Below, piece after piece: positions 30,998-39,690 of a stretch of DNA of 41,475 bases. A program made the translations under genes and the position numbers. The stretch covers positions 13,147 through 54,621 of the forward strand of contig CAYUUV010000001.1 of the NCBI GenBank assembly GCA_964448015.1, in the 5' to 3' direction. Under the pieces are notes generated by a model. It did not search any database, was not told the DNA's origin, and saw only the letters and a program-made list of their open reading frames with translations. Numbering within the stretch: the stretch's first letter is position 1; each line of letters opens with the position of its first letter. The DNA comes from an uncultured Candidatus Saccharibacteria bacterium (lineage in GTDB: Bacteria; Patescibacteriota; Saccharimonadia; Saccharimonadales; UBA7683).

Positions 30998-31795
30998 ATG
31001 AGTTTTTTACAAAAACTATACAAATCGACGCAACCCACGCCGAATCTATGCGTCACACGGCGTGGGAGCGGCCCAATTTTACTATTTCTGCACGGTATTG
31101 GCAGTTCTTCGGAAAACTGGGAGATACTAGTGCGAGAACTCGAAACTGACTACACCTGCATTACCATAGATCTACTTGGCTTTGGCGCATCACCCAAACC
31201 CAGTTGGGCAAACTACACGATTGAAGAGCATGTGCAATGCATCCGCAAGGCAATCAGAAAATTACGCCTGGAAGAATCCTACACTCTCGTCGGCCATTCG
31301 CTAGGCGGATTGCTGGCAACCCGCTATGCAACCAGTCACCCGCATGAAATAAAACAGCTCGTATTAGTCAGCCCACCAATTTACCTACACCCTTCACAGT
31401 ACCGAAGCGGCAAAGCCCGCGTGACCACCAACGCTTATTTAAAAATGTACAAATATATTCGAGCTCATAAAAAATTTACCCTGCGCCACGCCGCCTTTAT
31501 TACGAAGCTACTACCAAATCCACAAGTCATGAATATTGATGAATCGACCTGGACTGCCTTTACTAAAACACTTGAAAACTGTATAGAAAACCAAACCGCG
31601 ATCACCGACATTGTACAAATTCAAGCGCCGGTAGAAGTAATATATGGCAGTCTCGACCAGTTTATTGTGCCAGAAAACATGCAGATCCTCGATGCTCTAG
31701 AAAACACCCGCGTCACCAAAATCAAAAATGCCGACCATGTCATCCGCAAAAGCTTCGCCTCCGCGATTACTAAAAAAATTCGTACTCTCAACTAA
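30998..31795 (+). CDS. Alpha/beta hydrolase
   Basis: HGIGSS oxyanion region, nucleophile elbow GHSLGG, C-terminal ADH. Start set to ATG 30998. Confidence 0.85.
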   Translation: MSFLQKLYKSTQPTPNLCVTRRGSGPILLFLHGIGSSSENWEILVRELETDYTCITIDLLGFGASPKPSWANYTIEEHVQCIRKAIRKLRLEESYTLVGHSLGGLLATRYATSHPHEIKQLVLVSPPIYLHPSQYRSGKARVTTNAYLKMYKYIRAHKKFTLRHAAFITKLLPNPQVMNIDESTWTAFTKTLENCIENQTAITDIVQIQAPVEVIYGSLDQFIVPENMQILDALENTRVTKIKNADHVIRKSFASAITKKIRTLN

Positions 31796-31871
31796 TATTT
31801 TTATAATCTACGTTAGGTTACTCGTTTATTTTGTTGAAAATTCTGAAAATTGCGGCGACCTGTTTTGACAG

Positions 31872-32300
31872 CTACGTCGTTGCTATTGTTTCAACCGCAA
31901 GAACTGGAACATGCACAAGTTGGTCTTCTGAAACTGTGTCAAAAAATGGTAATAATGTGGCTGATTCAAAGGCCATGCAAACCGCTCGCACCGCACCAAC
32001 CCCAGCCAATCTTCCGATGTGTACTTTGGAATACGTCAAGAACCTCCCCTCAAAGGCGAGACCCATAAGGTTAACATATGTAATTCTGTCCGCTCCAGAT
32101 AAGTCTGCAGGTAAAATTACACCACGATATGCTTCAATAAAATAACTTTTTCGTAAGAATCCTAGTGCTTCTGCGCTGTGCTCCAGAAATGCCAATTGCA
32201 AAATATCTTGGTCAGTCATATCGAACACCTGTGAACTACTGCTTTCAGCAATAGGACTCGCAAGTTCGACAGGCGTAGCTGGTATCTCAAAAAATGACAT
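31872..32300 (-). CDS. Hypothetical protein (142 aa)
   Basis: Intact ORF preceded by a 100-nt AT-rich spacer. No SD and no family recognised. Confidence 0.4.
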   Translation of the reverse strand: MSFFEIPATPVELASPIAESSSSQVFDMTDQDILQLAFLEHSAEALGFLRKSYFIEAYRGVILPADLSGADRITYVNLMGLAFEGRFLTYSKVHIGRLAGVGAVRAVCMAFESATLLPFFDTVSEDQLVHVPVLAVETIATT

Positions 32301-32404
32301 AGTACAATCAGTTTAATAGGTTTGTCTTGAAATTCAAGCTTAAACGCTATGGAAAGTTTTTTACATTATTGATTATTTTGAGATGCAATTACGTACGATC
32401 TACA

Positions 32405-32835
32405 TTACCTTTGCGGTGTAGCGGCTATATGGGTTCGAAATTTTTCCAGAATATGTTGCGTGAAGGCATCTCTTGTGAAATCAATACGCGGCAAGGCGTG
32501 ACCAACTGATACAAACATAGAGCCGTGTGGTTCAATAATTCCTAGTTGATTATATAGTGCAGTTGCTCCAACAAAGGGCGGTAGATCGGGCCGTTGCTTC
32601 GATAAAGCCTCGGGGGCTGGGACTACTTTCACCACTTGCAGCGTAACATCGGGTTCTGAGCGATGCGCTAGGCGAGCCTCGACAGAGCCCTTTGTTCAAA
32701 ATACACCCGGGCACCCGGGTCAAGTAAGACGGCGTCGGAAAAACTAAGCATCTCATCTATCAACTGATTATTCTCTGTTGAAACCAGCAGCAACCTTTCT
32801 TCGGTAGGTGAATTAGGTACGATAACTTTTACCAT
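32405..32835 (-). pseudogene. Orphan gene apparently split by a frameshift near 32690-32700
   Basis: Frame A runs MVKVIVPNSPTEERLLL...VYFEQRALSRLA*. An overlapping frame B is open from about 32699 (KGSVEARLAHRSEPDVTLQVVKVVPAPE...) to 32405. Confidence 0.4.
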
Positions 32836-33013
32836 TATGTACATTATGCTACCGATATTTGACATTTTCGCAAGCACAAGTAGTAAGCTCAGTTATCCAC
32901 AAGCTATTATGCTTACGCTTTTAAAACATATTGTTTTAGTTTTGTAAATAGGTGTATGCTAAGGTCACGATTGGTGGGAATCTTACATAACACCTAATGC
33001 GAGGAGAGTTCAT

Positions 33014-33700
33014 ATGGCCCAAGCTATATCAACACAAAACCAAAACGTTCAACTCACCAAAACATTTATTGTTGCTTTCGGTGCGGTACTACTAGCACTG
33101 CCTATCGTAACAATGATCACGACTTCAATTGTACAAGCTCAACTTGGTAGCTTTGTCCACGCTGCACAGGCGCCGCAGACTAACAGTATCGTTGCTGGCC
33201 CAAGCTGTGCTGTGCCTACTGAAGAACAAGAAGCTGCAGCTGAACAAGCAAACGTAGATGGTCACGGGTTCTTTGGTAAGGTTGCAAAATGGCTTCCATT
33301 TGTTGGTCAGTCAAATTACAACAGCACCAGTACCACTACTACTACCAATACAAGCACCACCACAACTGATGATCACTCAAAAATCATTGTTAAAGACAAC
33401 GGTAACACTGATAACCGATGGAGTGGCAACACCCTTGGCTTCAGCCTAACCGACAATCGATGGAGTGGCAACACTGCAAACACTGCTATTACAACCAACA
33501 CTGATCTCAGTAATCGTAGTGTTAACACCAACATTCAAGATAGCGGTAACACCTCTACTACCAACACAACAACTGTCACCGACAACTCTGATCACAGTGT
33601 TAACAACAGTGGCAACACTGCAACAAACAACAACGTTAATACAAATGTAAACTCAAACAACACTATTACCAGCGACAATGACCTGGTCGACGTATTGTAG
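33014..33700 (+). CDS. Membrane-anchored or secreted Thr/Asn-rich repeat protein
   Basis: N-terminal hydrophobic helix, then a low-complexity region with repeated (D/N)SGNT and DNRWSGNT x2 motifs. Confidence 0.65.
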   Translation: MAQAISTQNQNVQLTKTFIVAFGAVLLALPIVTMITTSIVQAQLGSFVHAAQAPQTNSIVAGPSCAVPTEEQEAAAEQANVDGHGFFGKVAKWLPFVGQSNYNSTSTTTTTNTSTTTTDDHSKIIVKDNGNTDNRWSGNTLGFSLTDNRWSGNTANTAITTNTDLSNRSVNTNIQDSGNTSTTNTTTVTDNSDHSVNNSGNTATNNNVNTNVNSNNTITSDNDLVDVL

Positions 33701-33723
33701 ATAGTACTGCTATACATTCATAA

Positions 33724-33753
33724 AGAGGCGCTCAGAACAAGCGCCTCTTTTTT
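33724..33753 (+). terminator. Intrinsic terminator
   Basis: AGAGGCGC-tcagaacaa-GCGCCTCT followed by TTTTT. Confidence 0.8.
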
Positions 33754-33839
33754 GCATACCTCAAAATTCACTCTTGCAACCGCTTATACAGGACAGTAAA
33801 ACACCGACTTCAGAAGGCTACGGTACTGGTCAAATAATC

Positions 33840-34064
33840 TTACTGTTCTTCTTGACCCTTTAGATGCATACTATCTGAACAGTCAGTGAACTGACAATCG
33901 GGCCCTTCTCTACCGACCGCGGATCCGTCCGGGCATAACTTAGCTTCCATCGTACATCCGGTGGATGTATCAGAATTCTGATATGGATCAACCGCTCTTT
34001 TACCAAAGAAGTAACCTACTACAAAGACAAACACGCTCACGGAAATCAGCAGCAGTACAACCAC
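33840..34064 (-). CDS. Small membrane-anchored Cys-rich protein
   Basis: TM helix VVLLLISVSVFVFVVGYFF, then C-x6-CPDGS-x8-GPDC-x4-C. Only a GTG start (34064) is available, so the start is uncertain. Confidence 0.5.
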   Translation of the reverse strand: MVVLLLISVSVFVFVVGYFFGKRAVDPYQNSDTSTGCTMEAKLCPDGSAVGREGPDCQFTDCSDSMHLKGQEEQ

Positions 34065-34077
34065 CGTAACGCGTGGT

Positions 34078-35883
34078 TTACCAGCCACCACCGCCTCCAC
34101 CGCCTCCGCCACCACCAGAGAAACCACCACCACCCGAAAAACCAGATGAACCTGAACTACCGGGTGGTGTGAAGCTCGACGTGGCGACAGTATTAAAACC
34201 GCTGAGCGCGCTACCTAATACCACTCCATTAAATGCACTGTGTCCGCTGTACCAAGTTGGAGACTGCCCTTCGCCATATAGACTGGCAAATTGTTTTGCC
34301 CATTCCTTCTCGATACCAAACAGCATCGCGTAAGGTAATAGTTTTTCGTATAAGTGAAGGAGCTGCTTCGTATCCGAAGTATCGACTGGAGTTTTTTCAG
34401 CCGTTTGCGGCGATTGCAAATATTTGATTCTATCGGCTTCGGCTAATTGCATGTAATCTTTCAGCCCAAGTAGATGCTCTTTCATATGCACACCCTCGAT
34501 AGTACGCTTTGGCATGAAAGCACCAAAAATCATTACAATAATGCCGGCCAGTATGAATCCGATGAAAACTAGGCTGAACGGCATGAATAGGAATGAAACG
34601 ACCCCGCCCACCACAAGCAAGGCGGCTCCGACGCCAATTGAAGTACTGCGCGCCTTTTCAGGATTGTGTGCAAAATAACCTTTAGTCACCACCGCCTGAT
34701 GTACCGAATTGGTAATCGACTGCACGTCCGAATACATTTGATTCTTCATATCATTCAGATTCACCCGGGCGCCCACTGTAGCCGGGCCGCTAATAAGCAT
34801 GTCTATGACCTTGGCACATTCAGGGCCCAGACCAGTCGGCTCTTTGACAACTTCAATCTCGTACTCTGTTTTTGAGCCAATCAGCTGATCTTTTTTTGTT
34901 TCGTAGAGTTTGAGATACCCAGCAACACATAATTCTAACAACGCCGCTGAGATACTTTTAGTGCTCATGCGCTCGTTTAATATCACCTCAGCCATCATTG
35001 GGTCGAGGCCTTTTGGTATATCATACTGCGGCACTATCACGCCGCGCCCTTCGGGATCTTTGCCGGTCTGCGACCATTTACGGTACATAACCAACAAAGC
35101 CACAAGTCCCGGCAGTAATAAAACAATCAGGCCGAGAACTATTACGAAAACCAACGCTACGGGATCCAAGCGATATTTCTGGAATGTACCCTTAGTCACA
35201 CCAAGAGCAAAACTCATATTTTCGGCAGCGAAAAGGTTGCGTGTTGCCGTGATGGTTATGAGGGTTTCATCCGTGGTTTTTACTTTTTCAACACGGCAAT
35301 CACTGCCATTTTGTTGGTACTGCCCCGTAAAACAAACTGGTTGCTTCGTGATTGCCTCGGCAACATCTGGAGAAAGATGCAAACGCGCAATGACATTATC
35401 GATCGACTGCTTCCATTGGTCGCCATTAACATCCCAGTACCACTCATCGTGTGTATCATAAAACGTAACGACATCGCGCATGGTATAGGTAATGGTATAT
35501 ACCTGACGACCGTGTACATAGCGATCAGCCTCACCGATGCGCAAAACCAGATTGTCATTTGCATCATAGGTTGTATAGTTCCAATTGAGATCCTGTTCAT
35601 TTTGCACACTTACGATCTGTAAATTAAGTTTGTTATTCTTGTATTTTTTTGGAATCGCCCGTTCTATGCCGTGATTTTGGTCATACTCCGGGAAAACGGT
35701 AACAATTTTTTCCACCACTTTGAGCTGCGAAACGTTTTCACTATCTCGGCTCAGGTAGTAATCTGCCTCGAACGATGTCACCTCAAAGTTTTGTAAATTC
35801 TGCGCGTATACCGTGTTCGCACCGCCCAAAAACACCAATAATAAAGCAGTAAGACCGGCTAGCACAAAAGAAAATTTACGCAC
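34078..35883 (-). CDS. DUF2207-type membrane protein with poly-Gly C-terminus
   Basis: 601 aa. Signal or anchor sequence, large N-terminal ectodomain, TM cluster, and the tail SGGGGFSGGGGGGGGGGGW typical of this family. Confidence 0.75.
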   Translation of the reverse strand: MRKFSFVLAGLTALLLVFLGGANTVYAQNLQNFEVTSFEADYYLSRDSENVSQLKVVEKIVTVFPEYDQNHGIERAIPKKYKNNKLNLQIVSVQNEQDLNWNYTTYDANDNLVLRIGEADRYVHGRQVYTITYTMRDVVTFYDTHDEWYWDVNGDQWKQSIDNVIARLHLSPDVAEAITKQPVCFTGQYQQNGSDCRVEKVKTTDETLITITATRNLFAAENMSFALGVTKGTFQKYRLDPVALVFVIVLGLIVLLLPGLVALLVMYRKWSQTGKDPEGRGVIVPQYDIPKGLDPMMAEVILNERMSTKSISAALLELCVAGYLKLYETKKDQLIGSKTEYEIEVVKEPTGLGPECAKVIDMLISGPATVGARVNLNDMKNQMYSDVQSITNSVHQAVVTKGYFAHNPEKARSTSIGVGAALLVVGGVVSFLFMPFSLVFIGFILAGIIVMIFGAFMPKRTIEGVHMKEHLLGLKDYMQLAEADRIKYLQSPQTAEKTPVDTSDTKQLLHLYEKLLPYAMLFGIEKEWAKQFASLYGEGQSPTWYSGHSAFNGVVLGSALSGFNTVATSSFTPPGSSGSSGFSGGGGFSGGGGGGGGGGGW

Positions 35884-36676
35884 TGTGCGTCCCTACATCA
35901 CGCCGTCCAAACGCTGCACTGCCCAGTAGTACGACAATGATTGACATTATCACCAAGACACTAACGTTGCCCATATCTATTCCCTGCTTGATAGCCGTTG
36001 ATGCTTGATAGTAATGGAAGATCGATAGTGGATCGATATGCTTGAGCCACTCAACCTGCGCCGCAAATGAGGTCAGCAGGTAACTCCCGAATACATAGGT
36101 TGTCACAATCATTGTTGCCCAACCTTTTCTTCCTTGGCCAAAGCCAAGTCCAAGTGTCAGTGAGCCAGTTGCAATGGTTAACAGCAGACACATTAGCGTA
36201 CCCGCAATAAGCTTTTCAACTGGCATAGACTCGCCAATTGCCATAATGGTCAGAAAAATACCGATGAATAAGGCAGTGTGAACAAGAGTGAAAATAGCCA
36301 CCATGGCGACCCATTTATGTAATACAATTTTGCTGCGGCTCAGTGGCTGGGCTAGTAATTGATATAGTTTACCAGATGATTCTTCACTGGCACTCAGGCC
36401 AAGCGCCAGAATAATTGCCATGGTAATAGTCATCATTGGTATACGAAGATCAAACACGCCCGTCGCCACATAGCCAACAATATTTTTATAATCCTCCGTT
36501 GTGCCAGTAATGCTTTCTAACGCCTTGGGCATATTGGCAAAAAGTGTCCCAATTTGGTCTTTAATAGTCGGAAAGAAGGCAATGGTAATACCCGCCATCA
36601 CCACCAAACCAATCGACCAGCCAAATATGAACCAGCGTTTATCATAGAGTGTTTTCGTCATAAGATTTTTAAACAT
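35876..36676 (-). CDS. ABC-2-type transporter permease
   Basis: 266 aa, about six TM helices, 8-nt overlaps with both neighbours. Confidence 0.8.
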   Translation of the reverse strand: MFKNLMTKTLYDKRWFIFGWSIGLVVMAGITIAFFPTIKDQIGTLFANMPKALESITGTTEDYKNIVGYVATGVFDLRIPMMTITMAIILALGLSASEESSGKLYQLLAQPLSRSKIVLHKWVAMVAIFTLVHTALFIGIFLTIMAIGESMPVEKLIAGTLMCLLLTIATGSLTLGLGFGQGRKGWATMIVTTYVFGSYLLTSFAAQVEWLKHIDPLSIFHYYQASTAIKQGIDMGNVSVLVIMSIIVVLLGSAAFGRRDVGTHSA

Positions 36677-37583
36677 GATGCAGCTCCTCGTGTAATCCGT
36701 AGAGCTTTAAAAAGGTATCTTCCAGAGAAACACCTTTGATGGTAACGTCCGCCACCGGCTGCATACTGAGCCAGCGCAGCAGCGCTTTACCATTTTCGGC
36801 AGTAATAAAACGAAGCTCTGTATTGGTGTGCACCAGGACCTCAAGTTCTTTAAACGGCGGTATCTTCATCGGTTTTGTACCTTTTTCGCTGATCAGCCGC
36901 ACTTCTTTTTTATGACTATCCCGAACTTTTTTAATATCTATAATCTGAACGAGCTTCCCTTCTTTCATAAAAGCCACCTTGTCACAAATGGCCTGCACTT
37001 CAGATAAAATGTGTGATGACATAAAGACCGTTTTACCGCGCTTCACCCGTTCTTTGACAATGTCGTAAAATCTATTTTGCATTAAGGGATCGAGACCGGT
37101 CGTTGGTTCGTCTAGAATAAGAAGATCGGGATCGTGAAGCAGTGCCGCAATCAGCGCCACTTTTTGCATGTTGCCGCGAGAGAGTGTTCCGATCTTTCTT
37201 GCAAGATTTGCCTCAAGTTTTTTGGCTAGTTCCGTAATTTCTTTACTGACATTTTCAACGCCGCGAAGATTAGCGATAAATTCTAAATATTGCCCGCCGG
37301 TCAGATTTTCATACATTTCAAAATCACCCGCTAAATATCCTACCCTGTGCTTGATGTTCGTAGCATCTTTCACGCTGTCGAGACCAAATACTTCAATCGT
37401 CCCGCTAGTGGGCCGCATGAAATTCATAATTGTACGAATGGCGGTCGTTTTGCCGGCGCCATTCGGTCCAAGAAAACCAAATATTTGGCCAGGCTCAAGT
37501 TGTAGTGATACGTCTTCAATACCCCGAAACGACCCATATTGTTTGGTAACATTTTGCAGCGTCAGTGGTAATGCTTGTTTCAT
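36669..37583 (-). CDS. ABC transporter ATP-binding protein
   Basis: Walker A GPNGAGKTT, signature LSRGNMQK, Walker B LLILDEPTTGLD. Confidence 0.9.
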   Translation of the reverse strand: MKQALPLTLQNVTKQYGSFRGIEDVSLQLEPGQIFGFLGPNGAGKTTAIRTIMNFMRPTSGTIEVFGLDSVKDATNIKHRVGYLAGDFEMYENLTGGQYLEFIANLRGVENVSKEITELAKKLEANLARKIGTLSRGNMQKVALIAALLHDPDLLILDEPTTGLDPLMQNRFYDIVKERVKRGKTVFMSSHILSEVQAICDKVAFMKEGKLVQIIDIKKVRDSHKKEVRLISEKGTKPMKIPPFKELEVLVHTNTELRFITAENGKALLRWLSMQPVADVTIKGVSLEDTFLKLYGLHEELHHV

Positions 37584-37596
37584 ATGTATAGTGTAC

Positions 37597-37615
37597 CAGA
37601 CAAGTCACTTGTCTG
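37597..37615. promoter_or_regulatory. 19-bp perfect palindrome (9-1-9), candidate operator of the ABC/DUF2207 operon
   Basis: CAGACAAGT-C-ACTTGTCTG, 14 nt upstream of the ABC ATPase start codon. Confidence 0.35.
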
Positions 37616-37637
37616 ACTCACTTGCAGATTGCAGCCT

Positions 37638-37664
37638 ACAAAAATACCCCCGATTGAAGTCGGG
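37638..37664 (-). terminator. Intrinsic terminator after the MgtC-family gene
   Basis: Minus strand CCCCGA-cuucaa-UCGGGG followed by GUAUUUUUG. Confidence 0.7.
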
Positions 37665-37696
37665 GATAGGTTTTGCGTTTGTCGTCTACTAGGTTA

Positions 37697-38131
37697 TTAG
37701 TCATCAATGTAGGTGCGAACGTGAGGAATCCGGTTGATGGCGACGGCCGTCAGAGTTGCAATAACCGCAATAACATACAGACCAAAACCAATCGCCATGC
37801 CAACTGCGGCCGCATACCAGATGCTCGCCGCCGTTGTTAAATTACTTACCTTGCCCCTACGCTCAGATTTCAGAATAATGCCCGCGCCCAGAAATCCGAC
37901 TCCTGAAACAATTTGGGCAGCGATTCTTCCCGGATCACCGGTATCTAAATACTGCGACATAAAGGCAAATATCATTGAACCAACTATCACCAAACTCTGC
38001 GTACTAAGCCCGGCAGGTTTTTGTTTGAGCTCCCGTTCGAGACCAATCATGATACCGCAAAAAAGTGCGATCGCAATTTTAATCATAAATTCAACTTCTT
38101 GTGCGCCAAAAATGGTTGCAAAATATTCCAT
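37697..38131 (-). CDS. MgtC/SapB-family membrane protein
   Basis: 144 aa. GLERE....AGL.T..LV..GS and GFLGAG.I patterns. Confidence 0.85.
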   Translation of the reverse strand: MEYFATIFGAQEVEFMIKIAIALFCGIMIGLERELKQKPAGLSTQSLVIVGSMIFAFMSQYLDTGDPGRIAAQIVSGVGFLGAGIILKSERRGKVSNLTTAASIWYAAAVGMAIGFGLYVIAVIATLTAVAINRIPHVRTYIDD

Positions 38132-38249
38132 ACAACTATTTTACCATTATTCCCGACACCACGACCCGACTCGACCACTATGCAAAGCTTGCCGTGTGTC
38201 ATCAGATACAGCAAAGTGCTATACTAAACTTAAACGAGAGGAGTTCGTC

Positions 38250-39128
38250 ATGAATCACCAACAACGGGTAAAAGAAGAGCTTATTCAAGCTGGATTTAGT
38301 AAATATGCGCTACTGAAATCTGAAAGCCGGAAACTACCGTCAATTATTCATGAAAATGAACACATTATGGCTGCCGTATACGGTCGTACCCAGGCAGGCT
38401 CCGCCATGTTGATCGCTACCGACAAGCGACTACTCTTTTTAGACACGAAACCGCTATTTAGTATTATGGATGAAATTAATTATGAAGTTATCAGTGGTAT
38501 CGCGCTTGATGAACAAGCTGGCTTTGCGCATATTGTGCTTCACTCGCGTGTTGGTGATTATACCATTCGCTACGCTAACCCGACGTGTGCACATCGATTT
38601 GCCGCATTCATAGAAAAAGCTCGCATCGCAATACCAAGCGGTGGCACAATTACTGCCCCTTCAGCAAATACATCTCGGCTGCGCAGCATATCAAAACCAG
38701 CGCAAACCAAACTACCCGCAGAAGCACATACTTTTTTGGCAACTCATGAAGTGGGCGTTTTATCTACCATCAATCGACAGAACCAGCCGCATGGTTCAAC
38801 CGTTTACTACACGGTCAGCGATAACAATACATTACATATTCTGACAAAATCAGGTACTGAAAAATCCCGCAATATCGCTGGTAATCACATGGTTGCGTTA
38901 ACTATCTACGACGCAGAAAAATTACAGACTCTACAAATGAAGGCATACGCTGAGATTGAATCAAGTGCCACGATCAGGCGTCAGGTATACGAACACATCA
39001 CCCGCAAACAGATATCCACGACCGATAGCACCAAACCACCTGTTACACACTTATCCGAAGGTTCATTTACCGTAATTCGCCTGACACCAACAAGTGCCAC
39101 TTTCAGTGATTTTGGTCACAAGCAGTGA
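38250..39128 (+). CDS. Two-domain protein: bacterial PH-like domain plus pyridoxamine 5'-phosphate oxidase-like domain
   Basis: Start ATG 38250 after GAGAGGAG. N-terminal ...LPSIIHENEHIMAAVYG...AMLIATDKRLLFLD. C-terminal ...VGVLSTINRQNQPHGSTVYY. The first 172 codons of the track ORF are an antisense shadow of the MgtC gene. Confidence 0.6.
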   Translation: MNHQQRVKEELIQAGFSKYALLKSESRKLPSIIHENEHIMAAVYGRTQAGSAMLIATDKRLLFLDTKPLFSIMDEINYEVISGIALDEQAGFAHIVLHSRVGDYTIRYANPTCAHRFAAFIEKARIAIPSGGTITAPSANTSRLRSISKPAQTKLPAEAHTFLATHEVGVLSTINRQNQPHGSTVYYTVSDNNTLHILTKSGTEKSRNIAGNHMVALTIYDAEKLQTLQMKAYAEIESSATIRRQVYEHITRKQISTTDSTKPPVTHLSEGSFTVIRLTPTSATFSDFGHKQ

Positions 39129-39157
39129 ATAGTAAACACGCTTAGACTATGCGAATG

Positions 39158-39607
39158 TTATCGTTGCGGTACCGACAGTAACCCGCGCACCAGATTCGAA
39201 GACTGGTGTACTACTTCTTTGAGCGGGTATACCACCTTGGCCGGAGGACTCACGAATGCCGACACTGGTGTACTTTGTTGTGCTGAGACTGGAGTCGCAA
39301 CCGCCTGGACCGTGGACGCCGCAGTAGATCCACCCACACCAGCTGCGGTCGTCTGTGATGACGGGGCGCCTACCGATAATGTTGTGGGCAGTGGCTGTAA
39401 TTCATCCAGAAGGAGTTTCGGTTGATAGTCAATTTTTGTCAGCCGTTCAGGAGTATAAGTTGATTCAGGCGGGTTAGTAGACTGCGGCAATCCCCTACTG
39501 GTTACACCCACCACAACCAGCAGCAGGAGTGCAAGACCCACCAGTATGTTCAGTGCAGTGTCTTTCATCTTTTCACTCAAGGTAAAAGGAATTCTCAATT
39601 CTCGCAT
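39158..39607 (-). CDS. Hypothetical membrane-anchored, Ala/Thr/Ser/Pro-rich protein
   Basis: ATG 39607 after GGAG. One TM helix (ALNILVGLALLLLVVVGV). Confidence 0.5.
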   Translation of the reverse strand: MRELRIPFTLSEKMKDTALNILVGLALLLLVVVGVTSRGLPQSTNPPESTYTPERLTKIDYQPKLLLDELQPLPTTLSVGAPSSQTTAAGVGGSTAASTVQAVATPVSAQQSTPVSAFVSPPAKVVYPLKEVVHQSSNLVRGLLSVPQR

Positions 39608-39690
39608 ATACACTCCGCTTATGAAAGTAATACTATCAAATAGTGCATCCAGCGGCTGTGAAATATCTCACAGGAGTCAGGCTAAGCAAT

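Noticed and set aside
34073-34333. Plus-strand poly-Pro ORF (PPPPPPPPPPPPEKPPPPEKP).
   Set aside because: It is antisense to the poly-Gly tail of the DUF2207 gene, and so a compositional artefact. The same reasoning applies to the many antisense ORFs within gap, trxB, pheT, the ABC genes, typA and others.
37734-38249. N-terminal 172 codons of the 464-aa track ORF 37734..39128.
   Set aside because: This part is the antisense shadow of the MgtC-family gene. A strong SD and ATG at 38250 begin the recognisable PH-like/PNPOx protein.
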